Assembly: GCA_047495785.1 (NCBI GenBank)
Contig: JBLDXI010000013.1
Coordinates: 4,588,001-4,652,000, forward strand
Reading direction: 5' to 3'
Origin: Lepidodermella squamata
Taxonomy: Eukaryota; Animalia; Gastrotricha
Length of the DNA: 64,000 nucleotides
The notes below the pieces were generated by a model. That model made no database searches, was not told where the DNA came from, and was given only the letters and a program-made list of their open reading frames with translations. Shown here one piece after another: positions 40,601-55,425 of the stretch. Within the stretch, counting starts at the first letter, position 1. Each line of letters starts with the position of its first letter. A program made the translations under genes and the position numbers.

Positions 40601-43600
40601 GAAAATTCCAGGAATTAAATAATGAGACATATTGTAAAAAAAATTGATAAAAAATCAATTTCTTAACATGAAATCATATTTCATCTAAAAATCCTATAGG
40701 TTAAATGACGGGTCAATATTTTCTCTAATTTCGCGATGCCAAATTCATAGCTCATAAAAGTTTATAGCGGTAATTATTATTGCCCCAATCCCAGATAAAG
40801 TGCTAATTCAAAAATTCAAGATATGAAAGTAACGCCGCAAGTCTTGCTGTTTTTTTACAATTTTGGGAAATTGTATACTGTCGCAAAGGATATTCATGAA
40901 AAATCGGATTTAATTATCTTCAATTTCCCCCAAGGAAAAATTTGTATTCTGCATGCATTTTTCAAGTCATCGATTTTCGAGGTTTATTCAAGGAATATTT
41001 TCATCTTTTAATGCATCTTTTAATTTCAGGCTTAATTTTATGCGAGACTTATTTTCGTTAGTAGTTCCATATCAAAACAGTATCACTCCACGCCATTTCA
41101 ATTATTCACATGCTCATTTTTCCGGGATAAATTTACCTTCAGTTTGAGGTTGGGGCTGCCACTCAGGCACTGTTTGCTGCGGCTTTTGGCTGACATTACT
41201 GCCATACGGACTACTCGGCCGCAGCTGAACAATTTGACGCGATTGGTAAATACTCGGCGCCGATAGCAAATTGTTAGTATTGCCGTTGCTGTTGTCACTG
41301 TAACTCGCGTCGTTTTCGTTACTACCCATCATTTGCTGGGGAGAAGTCGCGCCGTTTACATGCTCACGAATCGACTTCAAACTGCCGCCGCCATTCTGAT
41401 GGCCATTACCCACTTCATGATTATTTCCGTTAATTTTAGTAACACCCAACAACGAATTCGACGATAGAGAGGCGCGGATGCTTTTACGGCCCGGGTCTTC
41501 CGTCGGCTGCCGCTGGTAGTTGCTGTTTTCATTATAATGATGATGGCCGTTGCTCAACTGCGAGCCGTTTTGCTCAGTCGACCCGGTCGATACGTTGTCC
41601 TCCTTCGCCAATTCGCGCTCGTACAACTCTAATTGGCGGCGCAGGTCTGGCTCCGTGTTGGGCCGCGCCAACAGCTTCTTAATTAACGACTCCATGCCCT
41701 GCGTCTCCAGAGCATCGGTCACGTCAAAGAACGAATCCTGATCCGGCAAACTGCATATCACCTGTTTGAGCAAATACAAACCGAGTTTATAAAGAGGGTA
41801 AATAATTTTTCAGGGTGTAATTTATTACGCACCTTGTTTACCAAGGTCATTGAGAGGGTGAGCAACTCTGGATCAGAGTCACGGTCGTCGAGATTTGCCA
41901 TGACGCGAGACCACGCCTGCCGCCCCTCTGACCGCTCCACTGAATTCACGGCCTCGATTAGCAGAGGGCAGTTTTGCTCCGAGTAGTCAACAAACATTAC
42001 CAACAACTTCACCGCAGTTTTAGCCACCAAGCGAAACTAATAACAAATAAAATATATATTAGAAAAATTAATAAATACTCAATTTCATTTCATCAAAAAC
42101 CACTGAAAAATTTAAAATGGTAGATTTATGTAAAATCATCTCTTAGACGAATCAAGTATCTACTGTTGACATTTTTCCAGCAAAAAAATTGAAAATTCAT
42201 AAATTAACCAGAAAATACATAGATTTTTTGAAAAAATTGTAAACTTTTTTCATTTTCATCTTTTTTATGACCGGGTAGACTTTTACGCCGGTGAAACGAG
42301 ATGAATTAAAAATAATCGCGGGTATTTTGAAAACTTCAGTTTCAAGATTTTTTTAATGATTATTTTGCATCTTTTAATTGAGGAAGACGCTCACTTTAGA
42401 TGACAACAACTGGTACAGCCATTGAATAGTCGTCGCATGCCCGGCCACGCCATTCATGCCATCAACGTAGACCATAATTTCGCCGAGAGCTGCGTGGGAA
42501 AAACACAGCGAAAACTGAATAAAAGCGGCTCACATCTTCGCGAGTGCCTACTTACCTTTCAAAATGTAATTCTGCGAGCTTTGGTCCGACTTTTGGCCGA
42601 TTTTCAATAAACAATCAAGCCCGCCACTTGACACAAACTCATGGACGAGGTCTTTGTCGTCTTTGAATATTTGCTTCAGCGAAAACAACGCCCGCCTCAA
42701 CTGCTGCCCTTCGAGAGTTTGAAGCCGCTCTAAAAAATCGAATTTTTCAATTTTTTTTCATCATTCACTCCAATAATCAATCCTGTACCGATGCATGTTT
42801 GAACTCTGATTGAAAGTTGAGTTCGTAGAATAAAAGCTAGGCGTTTAGGATCGCCGAACTGCTCAACATCTTCCCATTGCTCTTGCAAGGACTGCTCGAG
42901 GTCGAGATACACGCCGAATTCGGACGGTTGTTTCTGCGACGGCAGGCGGTAGAGCTGAAGCGCACAGTCCTCGAGCTGAAAACACAACACAAACACGTTT
43001 TTGTCCTGTCTCGTCGCTATGTTAAGAAAGACACGGAACTGGCGCAAACAACGCGGCTTGCCCGCCTACAAAGAAAGGCTTTTCGCGCCACTTAGCCAAC
43101 ACGGTGTTTTCGAATAAAAAAGCAGGTAACGTCAGCTGTTCACCTCGCGCAATAATAACGCTATTTAAGCGGCATCGCGGCTCTGGAGCACGGCGCATTA
43201 TATTCACTTGGTTATGTATCTTAACACAATCACAACATCCTATGCAAATGAACATCCCGGTATACGTGGCCCGATTGTTTACGCCTATATGGAAAGAACA
43301 ATATTATTAGCCAATAGTACGCAGGCGCCAGAGGCGTACATGCCGCAATGCATAAAATAAACAAATTTCGCCCATCAGCATAAATAACAATTGCAGGCGA
43401 GAGAGATGGGCAGAAAAAATTCTCGCGCATTGAACCTAAAACATACAATATTATAAAAACATGCTTTACCTTGTGTGGCGCGGAAAGTCTTTTCGATATT
43501 GCATTCAAGTGAATATTGAGCGGGTCGAATTTAGACAACGAATAAACAACTGGCGCGTGCCCGACTGGACACAAGTCTGTAAACGATGCGAACGGATCGC

Positions 43601-43640
43601 GATCGTCAATATAGTAAATTCGAAACGATATCAGAGCCAT
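34691..43640 (-). CDS. FHOD: FHOD-family formin (GBD/FH3, FH1 poly-Pro, FH2), multi-exon
   Basis: N-terminal YYIDDRDPFA...LSAPHK|LEDCALQ...YLDLEQSL...LRTQLSIRV; LVAKTAVKLL.MFVDY; LPDQDSFFDVTDALETQGME; poly-Pro; KTVRLHWREV; VLDAKRSNAVNIGMTILP; LSRVPEVKDTVYKHSLLYH; FALEYRTTREKV; RERKSARRTL. Confidence 0.93.
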
Positions 43641-46524
43641 CGACCATCATGTGTGTTGTAAAATGTAAACTGTCTCAACTACATCCGGAAAGAGTTTCGC
43701 AGCATTAAAATTGGACTAAAAAAAGAACATCACGTACGATGCCGGCCAGTGCATCACACATTTGCGGTTTATTACTCGCAAAACATACGGCCGGAAGATA
43801 AATGAGCGACAGGTGGCTAGTGGAAAATTACGCGATTCGCAATCCACACTTAGTACCATAAATTTACGTTCTAATAATAAACAAGAGCGTTCGATAAAAA
43901 ATGCGGTGCATTGTTGCAATAATGCATAATAAACCCATCAAAACACATCATCGATGTATACTTGAGTTCGAAAGACGAAAGAAGTAAATAAAAACAACCT
44001 CTTTCTCAGGAAAGACGATAAAATCATTTTATAGCTACTTTTCTACAAATGGAAGTACGCTGTCTTGTTTTCAGCAACAGAGCAAATGCAAACAAGAGAG
44101 CGGATACAAAATAACACCTTGCACTGACCAATCTTTCCAGGAAAAGGAAACAAGGACGAGATCTTTACAAGCCGAGTCATGGATGTTTGATTTTCAGAGT
44201 ACCGTGATACCGTTACTTAAGAGTCGTTATAGTCTACTTTGGCATATATACTGCTGTTAGCACAGGTATAAAGTATGAAGTGTATTTAAAACAGTGAATG
44301 TGAAATTCTCTCAAACTCTACGGCGTCCCAAAGCCTTAGCGAAAAACTAGATATGATAACATTTACTGGAGAATTCAGGTCAACCAATTTGCTAAAGCGT
44401 AATTTATCGCGTGATAATCGAAGCGAGATTTGACGAATCCAAGAGGTGATCTTACATCTTACTTCAAACTATATTCTCAATAGTCCAGCTACGTTTAAAT
44501 AATTGAAACAAGAGATTTCAAATTGATTCATAATTCACCCGAACTTGAGCGAATCCATGAACGTAACACCCACCCCAATATTCTCAACAAATCAGCAGTG
44601 TCGTGAATAATCCTAAGCAGAGTGATCGCAACACCACAGATCGAGTACGGTGGTGAAAACTTCTTCCCAGCAATATCTGAGCAAAGCTCCAACTACGAAC
44701 GAAAATTAGTTGGTCAATGCTACGCCCATTGCCCAGTAAGGGTTAAGGGTCCCGCGTGCTCTCATTACAAATTACGCCAAAGAACATCTTGAGGGCAAAG
44801 ACTAGGGTCGCAGTGCGATTGGTCTCGACCGCATAGTATCTGTGCCACTGCCCACTGCGGATCAGCCTTAAGCAATAATCAGCAAAGAAAAACGTGAATT
44901 AGTAAGTGAAACTAAGTAATATTTGCAATGGCGAAGCAGCCTAAAAGAGGCTGAAGGAATTATTTAGAATGCAACATTGCCATGCAGTTACTTCCGCATT
45001 TGGCAGATTTAACTCAGACTGAAACGAATGAAAGGTTGCATTAAATGTATACCATAAACGAAGAGCAAACATATACGGAAAATTCTAAACCGCAAATATG
45101 CTTACACGAGAAGAAAAAGTAAGAGGGGTCAACCAAGTGTGAAATGGTGGGTGGATGATGACTGAAGCGACCGTAAGTACTAACCACTTGCTAACGACTT
45201 AGTTGCGCGCATTCAGACGGTCTTTTGGCTCAAGCTTCAAAAATTCAAAAGGCCGGTAAAAATGTTATTGAATTATATTTTCTGGGGACAATTTTATTTA
45301 GCTAAAAGTAAATTATACTATATATTAAAATTATAATTAAATTAAAATAAAATTAATTCGGCCGATAGCGACGAAACCTGCGGCGAATGCGTCCTTCGCA
45401 ACAGGCCAAGTTCGCGGGGGGTTCGATTATTTCGCGCAGCCGACTTGTGACGGGTGATATTCATCATTCATTTGGTTGAAATCATTAACAATGAGCAAAT
45501 TTTGAGCAAAACGGGAGCAAAAAATTCAGTTGAACAATGGTTACGACATGATAAGCGATTCGCGTTCAAGTCAATGGGTCAGTTGTCGGTGCAACTTAGA
45601 CAATGGCGATATGGCTTTATATGCAAGCCGCCACATATACTTCAGCAGTTTGAGATACTTATTCTTTGGTCAAACACATCGTAACACGCATTGATACAGC
45701 GCATTATTCTGTCAGCCAAAGACTATCTTACAGAGCGAAGGCGGAGATACAGAAAACTTGGTAAACTTGGTTGAGAAACCGGCCTAGCACCTACACTGTG
45801 TGAAAAAGGTATTTCAACGTACGATGTTCCGAGATTTTTCTAGTACAAATAACTGAAACAATACTATGGAAAAAAATCATCTCGAGATATTTTCTCAATT
45901 AAAGGGCTCCAGATAGTTTCAATGTGGCGCCAGCATATCATAAGCACGAGGGCGAGGTTGAAATATAAGTGTTAACAAATTACAGCCGGCGCCTTAAATA
46001 TGCAATAAAGACGCAAATGGGAGGTGGGAAAGTTATAAGAAGGTTGCCGAATAAAAATGCATGCCGGGCGCTGAAAAAATAGATGCCATAAACCATAACA
46101 AATAATGAATATCAAAGTGCTATAAAATATGCATACGCGGCCGAGCATTGCAGAAGTCGTCTTGCAAATGAAAACACGTTATTTTTAGCGCACAGAATTT
46201 ACGCGCGCTTATTGGCGAATATATTCTGGCGACTCGCCATTCTCGCTCATCGCGCTGTCTGGTCTGTTTATAAATGTGGGAGTTTACGCATTTAGCGTGA
46301 GGTGTTCATTAGATGCGGAATAATAAAACCAGCGGCAAAGTTATATTATTATAACAAACTGGACTAATAGCTTCAGCTGGCAGGTGAGATATGAAATATT
46401 ATTACAATAACAGAGTTAACGCGACTTGTAAAGCGTAAAAGCCGGGCCAGTTCCGTGTGGTTGGTGTGTAAATTTAATACGCGCGGCTTCGGAGTTGAAA
46501 TGTTATGTAAATGTATAATTTTAC

Positions 46525-49500
46525 CTTCTGTACATCGATGCACAGCACTTTGATGAGCAGGTCATCGAGTGTACCAATGAAATCGCTCGAGTTAGGCGAC
46601 AACTCAAGGTTGAAACCGCTCAGCCACAGCTCGCCAGAGTGTAGCAGCACGCGAACAAGCTCACGCATCGTGTAAGCCGGCACAACGCTGCGCAGGCACG
46701 CCTTCATCAGTGATGCCGGGATGACGCCAAAGTAATTCTTCGAAATGCGCCGCCGGCCGGACGCACGCAATGTTCGAATTGTCGACTGAACACGGCCGCA
46801 GAACCGCTTAACTGACTCGAAATCGTCTGGGTTACGGAGATTACGCGGGTCATCCAGCAAATTAGCAACAGCGACAAATTCTGAAAAATCACTCTTTTTC
46901 AGCTGAAAGCTGATTTATGAACAATCTCTTACCTGACGGGAAAATTTGCTCGCATTTGCCCGGGTGGTTAGGGGCACAAGACAACATTTTGATGAACGCG
47001 CTAAACGCTCTGTCTATAGGCCGCTTGACGTAACCGTCCTCTGAATTCGCAGACGGCATCTCCACATTAACATAAGGCGAATGTTGCGGGGTCACCCTGG
47101 TCGGAGGAGTGATCGAAACAGCTAAAGGCTTAACTTCAAGTTTTGCAGTTGCAGCGCGTTGTTGTGGAAGGTCATCAGTCTGGCAGTAAGAATCGACTCG
47201 AACCCAGCCTTGCCTAACCGGTCGTTTTACAACTCCGCGAGTTCTGGAAATCGACTTCTTACTGTAGACACGATCTCGCCACGGTTGAATCTGACTGGAT
47301 TCGTAAGGCGAAGTTGCTCGACTAACAAAGTTAGCAAAATCAGCATCGCGGCAAGGCGACGATCTTGTCGAAGATTTAGCGGTTTCATAAGAGTCGCAAT
47401 CACTCAGCCTGTCGTTACTCATTCGCAAATTAACAGCGCTTTGAACAAGTAAACTGTTGGTAGACTTGTTACCAACTGGCTGTTGGATCATTAACAGTCC
47501 GACGTTTTGATTACTGGCGCTCAGGCTAGGTTGCGGTGACGGCGCGCTACTTCCATTGCCGCTGAAGAGAGTCTTATGCGGAGTAAGATAGCGGCGCGTC
47601 AATTTTGGCGAAGCGTTATTATTTGCGCTCAAATCTACGGTTGAAGTTGTTGTAGCTGTTGCGCAATCCCTGTTGTTCGGCGACGCGTGTTGGTGATAAG
47701 ACTTGCTGGCAGTAGAAGGCTGATAGTAAGAAGTCGTTAGCGAAAGACTTGCCGCCGAAGTGTTTGACGGAGACCAGTAAGCTGAGTGGCCGGAACTGTT
47801 AGCCGAGCCGTTGTTACCCACTGATCTGCCAGATCCATTCAACAAAGTTGTGCTGTGGAAGGAGGAAGACATGCTGGGTTTCGAACTAGTCGATTGTGAA
47901 TTCATTCGAGAAGACGAGTATAATGGAGATGATTCCTTCTTATAACTTGATGAAGTCGTGGAAATCATGCCCCGACTCGGGCTGCTTGAGTTACCGCTAC
48001 CACCCAATCCTAACGAATAAGTCGAGGAGCGGGCTGTTGATTTCGGCCGTGTAGAGAATGAAGGCTGGTAACTGGCTGTAGATGAGCTTGTAGTCGAGGT
48101 GCGTTGGCTTGTTGTTGACGGGCCGAATGAATAGACTTGGTGGTAGGGAATGTACGACGATTGGTTCATCATTGACGACGATGACTTGCTATCAGTCGCC
48201 ATTGAGGATATTCTTCCAGCCGCTCGTCGATTCAATGTTTCTATAGGTAACAGAAACCGTACAAATTAGCTGATAGATTCATCTGTAATCGAAGCAACAT
48301 CACTCATGGGGACATTTGAACGGTAACTCTTACCGCTTTAAGCCAAAAAGAGGATAAATGCACCCTAGCAACGGCCAATTCTCACTCCGTAACCAAGGAC
48401 GCTCAAGAGGGTAATTTTGTGGGGTGAGATAGAAGCTTCATTATGAGTTGACACTGAAAAGCTGGGAGTAAAAATAAGAGACAAATGACCTTAGCAACCG
48501 CGAAAAATCAGCTGGTTACCAAGGACGCTTTGTGTACATTTCTCATCATTCGCCTTATAGCAAAGCAATCGCGAGTTCGAGAAAAATCGGAAGCCATTAC
48601 CGGTAAATAACAGGGTAATAAGTGGGCGCTTAAGAGCCGCTTGAGAGGCCATAATAAACAAAATAAATAACAACCGCGTTGCGCTCCCGTCTCAGTACTT
48701 GAGCGTTGTTTTTGAAACAACACAAAACAACGTTGAATAGAAATTAGATCACTCAACATATGATTGCGATATTTATCATCCATGTTTTTGGCTTCGAATC
48801 TTGGACTTTGCCGGCTGTTATATGCATACTACGCCCCCGCTGGCAGGTAGATAGAAAATGCGGATAATTGCGGCGATCTAAAAGCAATGTTTCTTGTATA
48901 ATTGAAAGCTGTAAGCAGGGGGTTTAAGAAAAAAGCGAGATAGGTATCGAACATGGCAATCGGTGTAATTGTTATTCTTTCATGCTTACTTTTTGCTTTA
49001 GGGTTAGTAGTGTTGGAAGTGGTAGTAGTGGTATTATTATCAGGTTTTGGCTTTCGCTCTAGAAAATGTATAAAAATAACAGCTTGGTAATAAAATAGGT
49101 CCAGAAATATTTTCAATTATCTCTTCGCTTGCCATAATTTATCATCATTTTCGCCGGTGCACTAGAACGGTTTATTGCTCAAGTTATAATAAATAATATC
49201 TGTCAGTAAAAAACCTGAACGGACCGACGGAAAAAATCGAAAAAAATCGCGCGTTGGAATTAATATGATAAAGAAGAGGAAATAAATTCGACCGGGTGAA
49301 AATAAAAAAAATATTATTTGTTTTTGCGGAAGCGCGAGAAGATAACGTTGGTGGGTTCCAAGTTGGTACTATATACTAGCCGTGGGTTAATGGGCGCTAC
49401 TGTCTGCTCCGATGGTCCGAGCATAACAGCGTTCAGGCATGCGTGGTCTGGCGTAACGTGATTTCGTATCATTATTATAGGTATACAACGTAAATCGGCC

Positions 49501-51739
49501 CTAATAAACGTAACTAGTTACGCAAGTTTTTCACGCGCGTTGAATACTTGATATTATTATACCTAATAATAGCATTATGTAATTATGATGGTAGCAATAA
49601 TATTATTCTGAGGGACCGGGTCAAACAGTGTATAACGAGGCGGCCGGGCTTCAAACGCGAGAAGATTCTCGACCGATTTCCTTATAACCTCGCCTACAAA
49701 TGGTAAGATGTACTCGATCACACTACGTTAATAGGGCTCAATCGTGTTCCGGCTCGGGGAAGCGCGTATCATCAACAAGAAGCTATCATTATCATCGCTT
49801 CGGTATCGTTTTCCATGAATGAGCGAATTAATGTTTTGCGTTGCGCAATCACGCGCGCGATTTAATAATTGGCTCGGTAAACAAAACAGAAGGCGTAACT
49901 TGGTAGCTTATAATATAAAAAATAACAATGGGTTTGCTCGAAGAGCGCTATTTTTCACTTTTCTGCGTGTGTAAATATTTTTGTTTTCGTAACATATATA
50001 AGTGTGCGCATCGTCCAAGTGCGTCACGTTTTGCGTTTTGCGCTCACATTGTAAATCATAAGTTCTTCCTATGTGGCCAAAAAAACCTATTGTCGGATTC
50101 AATTATGAGTTCTGATTTTTCGGGTCGATTATAAGGCTAGCAGAATCTACAGCAGCAATGGCTGAAATTTGTTTTCTAATAAAATGCCACAAAAAACTCC
50201 ACAGATTCGAAATTTTTCGCAATTTTTCGCAATAAGTAGCGTATTTATTTGTTTACAAAGGAGATAATGTACTGAACCTATAATAGATAGAATTTTTCTC
50301 ATATACTCTGCAGAATTTCGGCCTCGAGGTTTTTATAAAGGCTTGTTCTGATGGAAAAATAAATAAAAGTATAGCCATTGGTGTACCTATGTTTGAAGAC
50401 CGAAGATTAAAAAGTACCTATAAATTGGTTAAAATTACTATAATTTTCTGCTACTTTGCCAAAAACTTGCCAAGAAAGCCCGAAATTCCTAATTTATGGT
50501 TTATGGCCTAGGTAACTTCCAGATGGCATGTAATTGCTAATCAGCTTGTTAACGAGGGGAATAAAAATCCCGAAAAATTCTATCTAACCAGGTAAAATAC
50601 CGATAATTTCCAACCCATTTCCGATTGGATCCCTTCGGCTTTTCCTCGCTTAACGTTGGTGTGTTCGGAGAAACCGTGAACAATCACCAAGCAATATGGT
50701 AAGCATTTTGTAGCTTCAATTTTGGAAAATGAATTGATTGTCTGCAAAACTTGAAAAATGGGAGACATGGCGTTGACGAGTTGTTCATATCAGGTTATCC
50801 GGTCTAAAATGTCATGCAAACTGGTTTATTTTATGTCAGATCTGTAAAAAGTAACGTTAACGTACAGGGTTTTCCTTTCGATTTTCCTCGACAGGTTCCC
50901 TAGATCTTACAAAAATTCAGCTGTCCTCATTCAGCTGAAATTAATGCTACATTCCTATGTCACGATTTCGTTCGAAAAAATTGGAAACTAGTTCAAACCT
51001 GACTTTAAAGAAGAAATTACCCCAATAGGTTACCAAAACAGTTTGAAGAAAAATTATCGAATCTGCGGAATAAAACACCCCTCATTTTTTGCTACAACAC
51101 GAGCTCGGAGAACAAAATCGGGTCGCTTTTAATCAAGTCCATTTCATGTGTTTATCGACAGAGATGGGAGGAATATAAGTTAACATTTGACCTTTTTAAT
51201 TTGATAACTTCACGCAAAAATTGAAATAATTTTCCATTTTTTCATTAAATTCTAAATTGAATGGAAAATGATTCCTTTGAAAAATATTTACCGGCTAAAT
51301 TTTGCCGAGAAGCAGAACTGGCTCGCCAGGCCGAAGCCGTGGAAGACGATAGGGTTGACGAGGTGGTCGGCATGCGGCTGCGCTCCGGGGTCGTTCTCGC
51401 CGATCTTGAACTGCTGTTATTATTCGTACTACTACTACTCGCCGAAGTCGTGTATAAATACGACTTTTTCCTCGCAGCTGCTGCCGAAGAAAGTGCGGCT
51501 GACCCGCGAGGCAGCGTCACGTCCAAGCGATCAAAAGTGACGCGATGCCGCTCGCTGGAATACGGCGCCGCCGATGAGCCTGTTGTTGAATAACTCGACG
51601 AATAGCCGCCGGGCGATTTCTGCGGACTCGACGCAATTCGCAGGCCGATGGCCGAACTTGCGCGAATCGACGGCGTTCGACTGGCAACAGCTGACTGTTC
51701 GAACGATCTCAATCGATTGCTTCTCGAATACGTCGACAT
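46525..51739 (-). CDS. Upstream coding exons (51739-51292, 48240-46933, 46880-46525): Ser-rich region plus an unrecognised globular segment; probable alternative N-terminus of the FHOD gene
   Basis: The exons join in frame (phase 1, phase 1). The last ends CAG AAG|gtaaaa in phase 0 with no stop, matching the phase-0 acceptor of FHOD exon 2 (ttttcag|CTC GAG GAC near 42975). Confidence 0.6.
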
Positions 51740-53328
51740 TGTGGAAAAAATAACTTTTCGTGTTTTTTTCTGACAATTATATTTATACGATATGATATTA
51801 TATATCAGAAAACGTAGTAGTGTTGTTGTCCTGATTTGACGTGATGTTGGCAACAAAACAAAGGGCGGTGGTACCACGATGAGCACGGCTACTAATAACA
51901 GCACGTGCTACGCCTCGGCAGTTGTGAGGCATCCCGAAACAAAAGGCCGCTGATGATGATGGCGCGGTGTGCTTTAAGGTGGCGCGGCCTTAATAAGTAA
52001 TAATAAAACCGCTATATCAAAATACTAACGATAGATGCTCGAGTATGGACGGGCGAAAAAGAAACCAAGCGTAACACATGAGTGACTGACAACAACAACC
52101 GTTGTTCAGGTAGCCGGTGGTTAGTTTTTCGCTGCGCCTGTCTATTTACCCGAAAGATCTGATGGGCCATGGTGTATACATGTAGATATAAGTATAACTA
52201 TCAACAGCGCTACTTGCTCACCTATCGCGTTCATGTAAGATCGAACAAGGCCCTATTTAGCTGCCGCTCATCATCCGAGCGAGGCATGCGGAAATAAACA
52301 GCAAATACTTGAACACGCCCGGATGCCTTGATGTCGGCCATGTATGTTATATTATTGCGGTCGGAATATCCCAAAATATAAAGCTATAAATAAAAATACT
52401 CCACACCGCCACCTTATTCGATTTATACTACTCGAAAACGCCTGGCAAGCTGTGTAACGCCTGTTGCATGTAACACACTAAAAACAAGGCCGCGTGGTGT
52501 TGGAGAATTAAAATAAGATAATAATATCTTATATCTCTATCACTTTTGCGCGGCGGACGTTTTGTTTAACGTTATATAGCGCGTTTTATTTGCAACGTTG
52601 TTGAAAACACAGCGGTGTTTTGTTGTTCGATCGGCTCTGAGGCTGCTGGCTTTGTTTTCGCCCTGCTGATTTAATCTTCGATATAAACCTGTGTGAGATG
52701 TTGATTTTAAGGCGGATATCTTTTCGCCGCGCGTGGTTGTATATTATATAAATCGGCTGTTAATGATAAAAATTCAGCCGAGTAACGAATAATATTCCAC
52801 TATTCGATTCCTTTGTTATTACTTCATGCCGCAACGACAGTTGTGCAGTGACATTTCAGCAAGTGCATGTCACATAATCTGCAATTATTGCGCAGAGACA
52901 TTTCAGCTGCGACAAATTATCAGGGTCAATTGAAGGGTGATTTTCTTTAATTTATTTTCTAATTAATTTCAATTTCAGCTGTTTCAGGTCGGGTAAAAAC
53001 TACAACTTTTATGCCAAAAATTGTACAACTAAATTGCTAAATTGTCACTAGCTAATTTGTCGTCGATGGATGGTCTCCGTGTAATTGTCTCTGATTTTTG
53101 TCAGTGGTTTCACTCCTGAAATCGTCTTGGTATCAGAAATTTGCTTATTCAAATTGCTGAAGTGTCACTGCTGGATTGTCAGGCGACAAAAAAGCATTTC
53201 TTCCACTTTGATTTTGATTCAATTTAAAATCATCATCCTAAAATATGTAAATAGGCCTATTTCGAACGTTGTTGCGCACCCTTTTTCAGAGACCTACATT
53301 TTTTATTCTAAATACATATTAATTTAAA

Positions 53329-54981
53329 TCAATCAAGCGATTTTTGTTCAGGAATTTTCGCCAGTAATAAAACAGGTGTTAGGAAAACGGCAACGGCGTA
53401 CGCGCAATTACTAAAATGATTGAAAGCTAATCCAGTCAAGATCCACTTTTTTCTCGCCGAAATGTCTCCCCCTGAAAAATCGCTGCCAACGATTTTGTTG
53501 TAGTAAGGAATGATTAATTTGTCGAACAGCCACGTTGCAGGTGGATCTTTCGTTTTTTCTCGCTTTTTGATTAAATAAACGACTCCGTCGCCAAAAAGGG
53601 CGAAAATTACGATGTAGGTCATCTGTTGTCAATTAAACGAAATATTCATGTGACCAGGAAATCATGGAATTAATCGCATATACCTGAAGACGGATATAGA
53701 CTGAAATGAGAGGGTGACTAGATGACTTGCTTGCCACGGGTAAATCGTCCGTAATTTTCGAATCGAATATCGAAAATGATAACAAACAAATAACAGACAC
53801 GTGAAATTTCAAATTTTTTCCCATCTATCAAATATTCAAAATTAATTTAAATCATTTTTTCCGATTCGCGACCAACCGGCGAAACCACAGCCGCGAGTTC
53901 TGCGATTGTGATGATAAAAGTTGGCAAAATGACGTTCGTTAGACCGTGCATAGGTTTCCGCCTCAGTAGCATTCGGAAATGAATTCGTCGATTAGACTTC
54001 GCATCGTCGATAATTATCAATTTAGAATAATTTCCTTCAATTCGCCAAACTTCGTTCTCGGAAAAATGGTGATCGGGCCGGTAAAATGCGAGATTGCCAG
54101 GCTGGCTAAGGTGAATTATGCTAGTTGAATCAAAGTCACTGCTGCTGATTTCAACGCTACAGATCTGAAATTTCGGGAGATTTTCAAAGAATTTCCGAAA
54201 ATTTTTACTATTTTTTCACCTGAGTATCAAACGGGAAAATAGCCAATTGAGGCTCGCAATAAACGTGAATTTCACCCATTAATTCCTTCGATATCGAACC
54301 ATCGCTACGTATCGAGGCTGATTGCCGCCTTTTGACCGGTTCATTCCAACTGTTTTGCGCGTCGAATTTCAAGTTTTTCCTTATATTAAAACAAAATTTT
54401 ACGAGGTTTAATCGATACTTCTGGAGTTCATACATGAAGAGGAATCCGTTTGTAATATTCATTTCCGGCTGCCAAATTTTAGCCGAGTTGATCGTGAAAA
54501 CATTAGTGCAGTTATACGGCCAAGTTTTATTCCACGTAAACTGATCAAAACGCCATTGCTGAAAGAATTTTTCGAGAGTTTTGAAATTTAATAAACAAAA
54601 TGAAAATACCAGCTTCATTTTCCCGTCTAACATCAAGGTACTGGTTGATTCTTTCTGTTAAAGATAATTTACAAAAAATAAATTTTTCGTGAAATTTCAG
54701 AATTAAGTAATTACGAAATTTTTTATTCCAAGAAGTTGCAGCCCCACGTAGACGTCGATATTTTTCGGTGCTTGACCAAGTTTAGCTCGGTGAAGCAAAT
54801 AGTCGAGGAGCTCGGCTTCTGAATAGGCTGGGTTAAAAGAATTTTTTTCACAAAAAATCGACAACATGTTTTACTACGAATTACAAACTGAGTCGCAGGG
54901 CAAACTTCGTGTTCTTAAGAGTTCAGAAGCCACGTAATATTGTTGAACCATCAAAATTGCCGAAAAAATTAGGCTAACCAT
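53329..54981 (-). CDS. Divergent Cys-loop ligand-gated ion channel subunit (nAChR/5-HT3-like fold, non-alpha), about 9 exons
   Basis: Signal peptide, QWRFDQFTW, KIWQPEM, Cys-loop CEPQLAIFPFDTQIC (C-x13-C), ENEVW, LRRKP, four TM segments with DDLP..S...PLI, and a very short M3-M4 loop. Confidence 0.88.
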
Positions 54982-55425
54982 CCTTTTCCGAAGACAAAAC
55001 GTGGAAAACAATTTTTGTCAAGTGCAATATTTGAGTAGTTTTTCTACTATGCAGCTGAGTAAGTAAATATTACAAATGCATACCTATAGTATCTCTAGAC
55101 TCACCTTTCAGTATACCAGATAAATCGATTTTATCGCGCGGCTTTGTTTTTATGAGAAGTGCGAATACCGTTTTTTCTTCATCAGCACTGACATCAGACG
55201 AGCTTCCAACATTTTTCTTCATTTTCAACCTTTCAACATTTATTTTTATTGCTTGTCCCCTGATTTTCAATAAATCAGCCCATCTCTATTAGTCAGCCAG
55301 TTATTTTTAGCGGAAACCTTGTACACTGTGAGTCATCGATTTCACAAAGTCACAAAACACCGGGGCTTGCAGTGATGAATAATTGAAACCAGATCGAAAG
55401 CGAGAATGCGGGACAGTATTTTCCC

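Noticed and set aside
45358-45430. Hammerhead-ribozyme-like segment (CGAAAC-CTG...CAGG)
   Set aside because: It lacks the CUGANGA core and the UH cleavage triplet.
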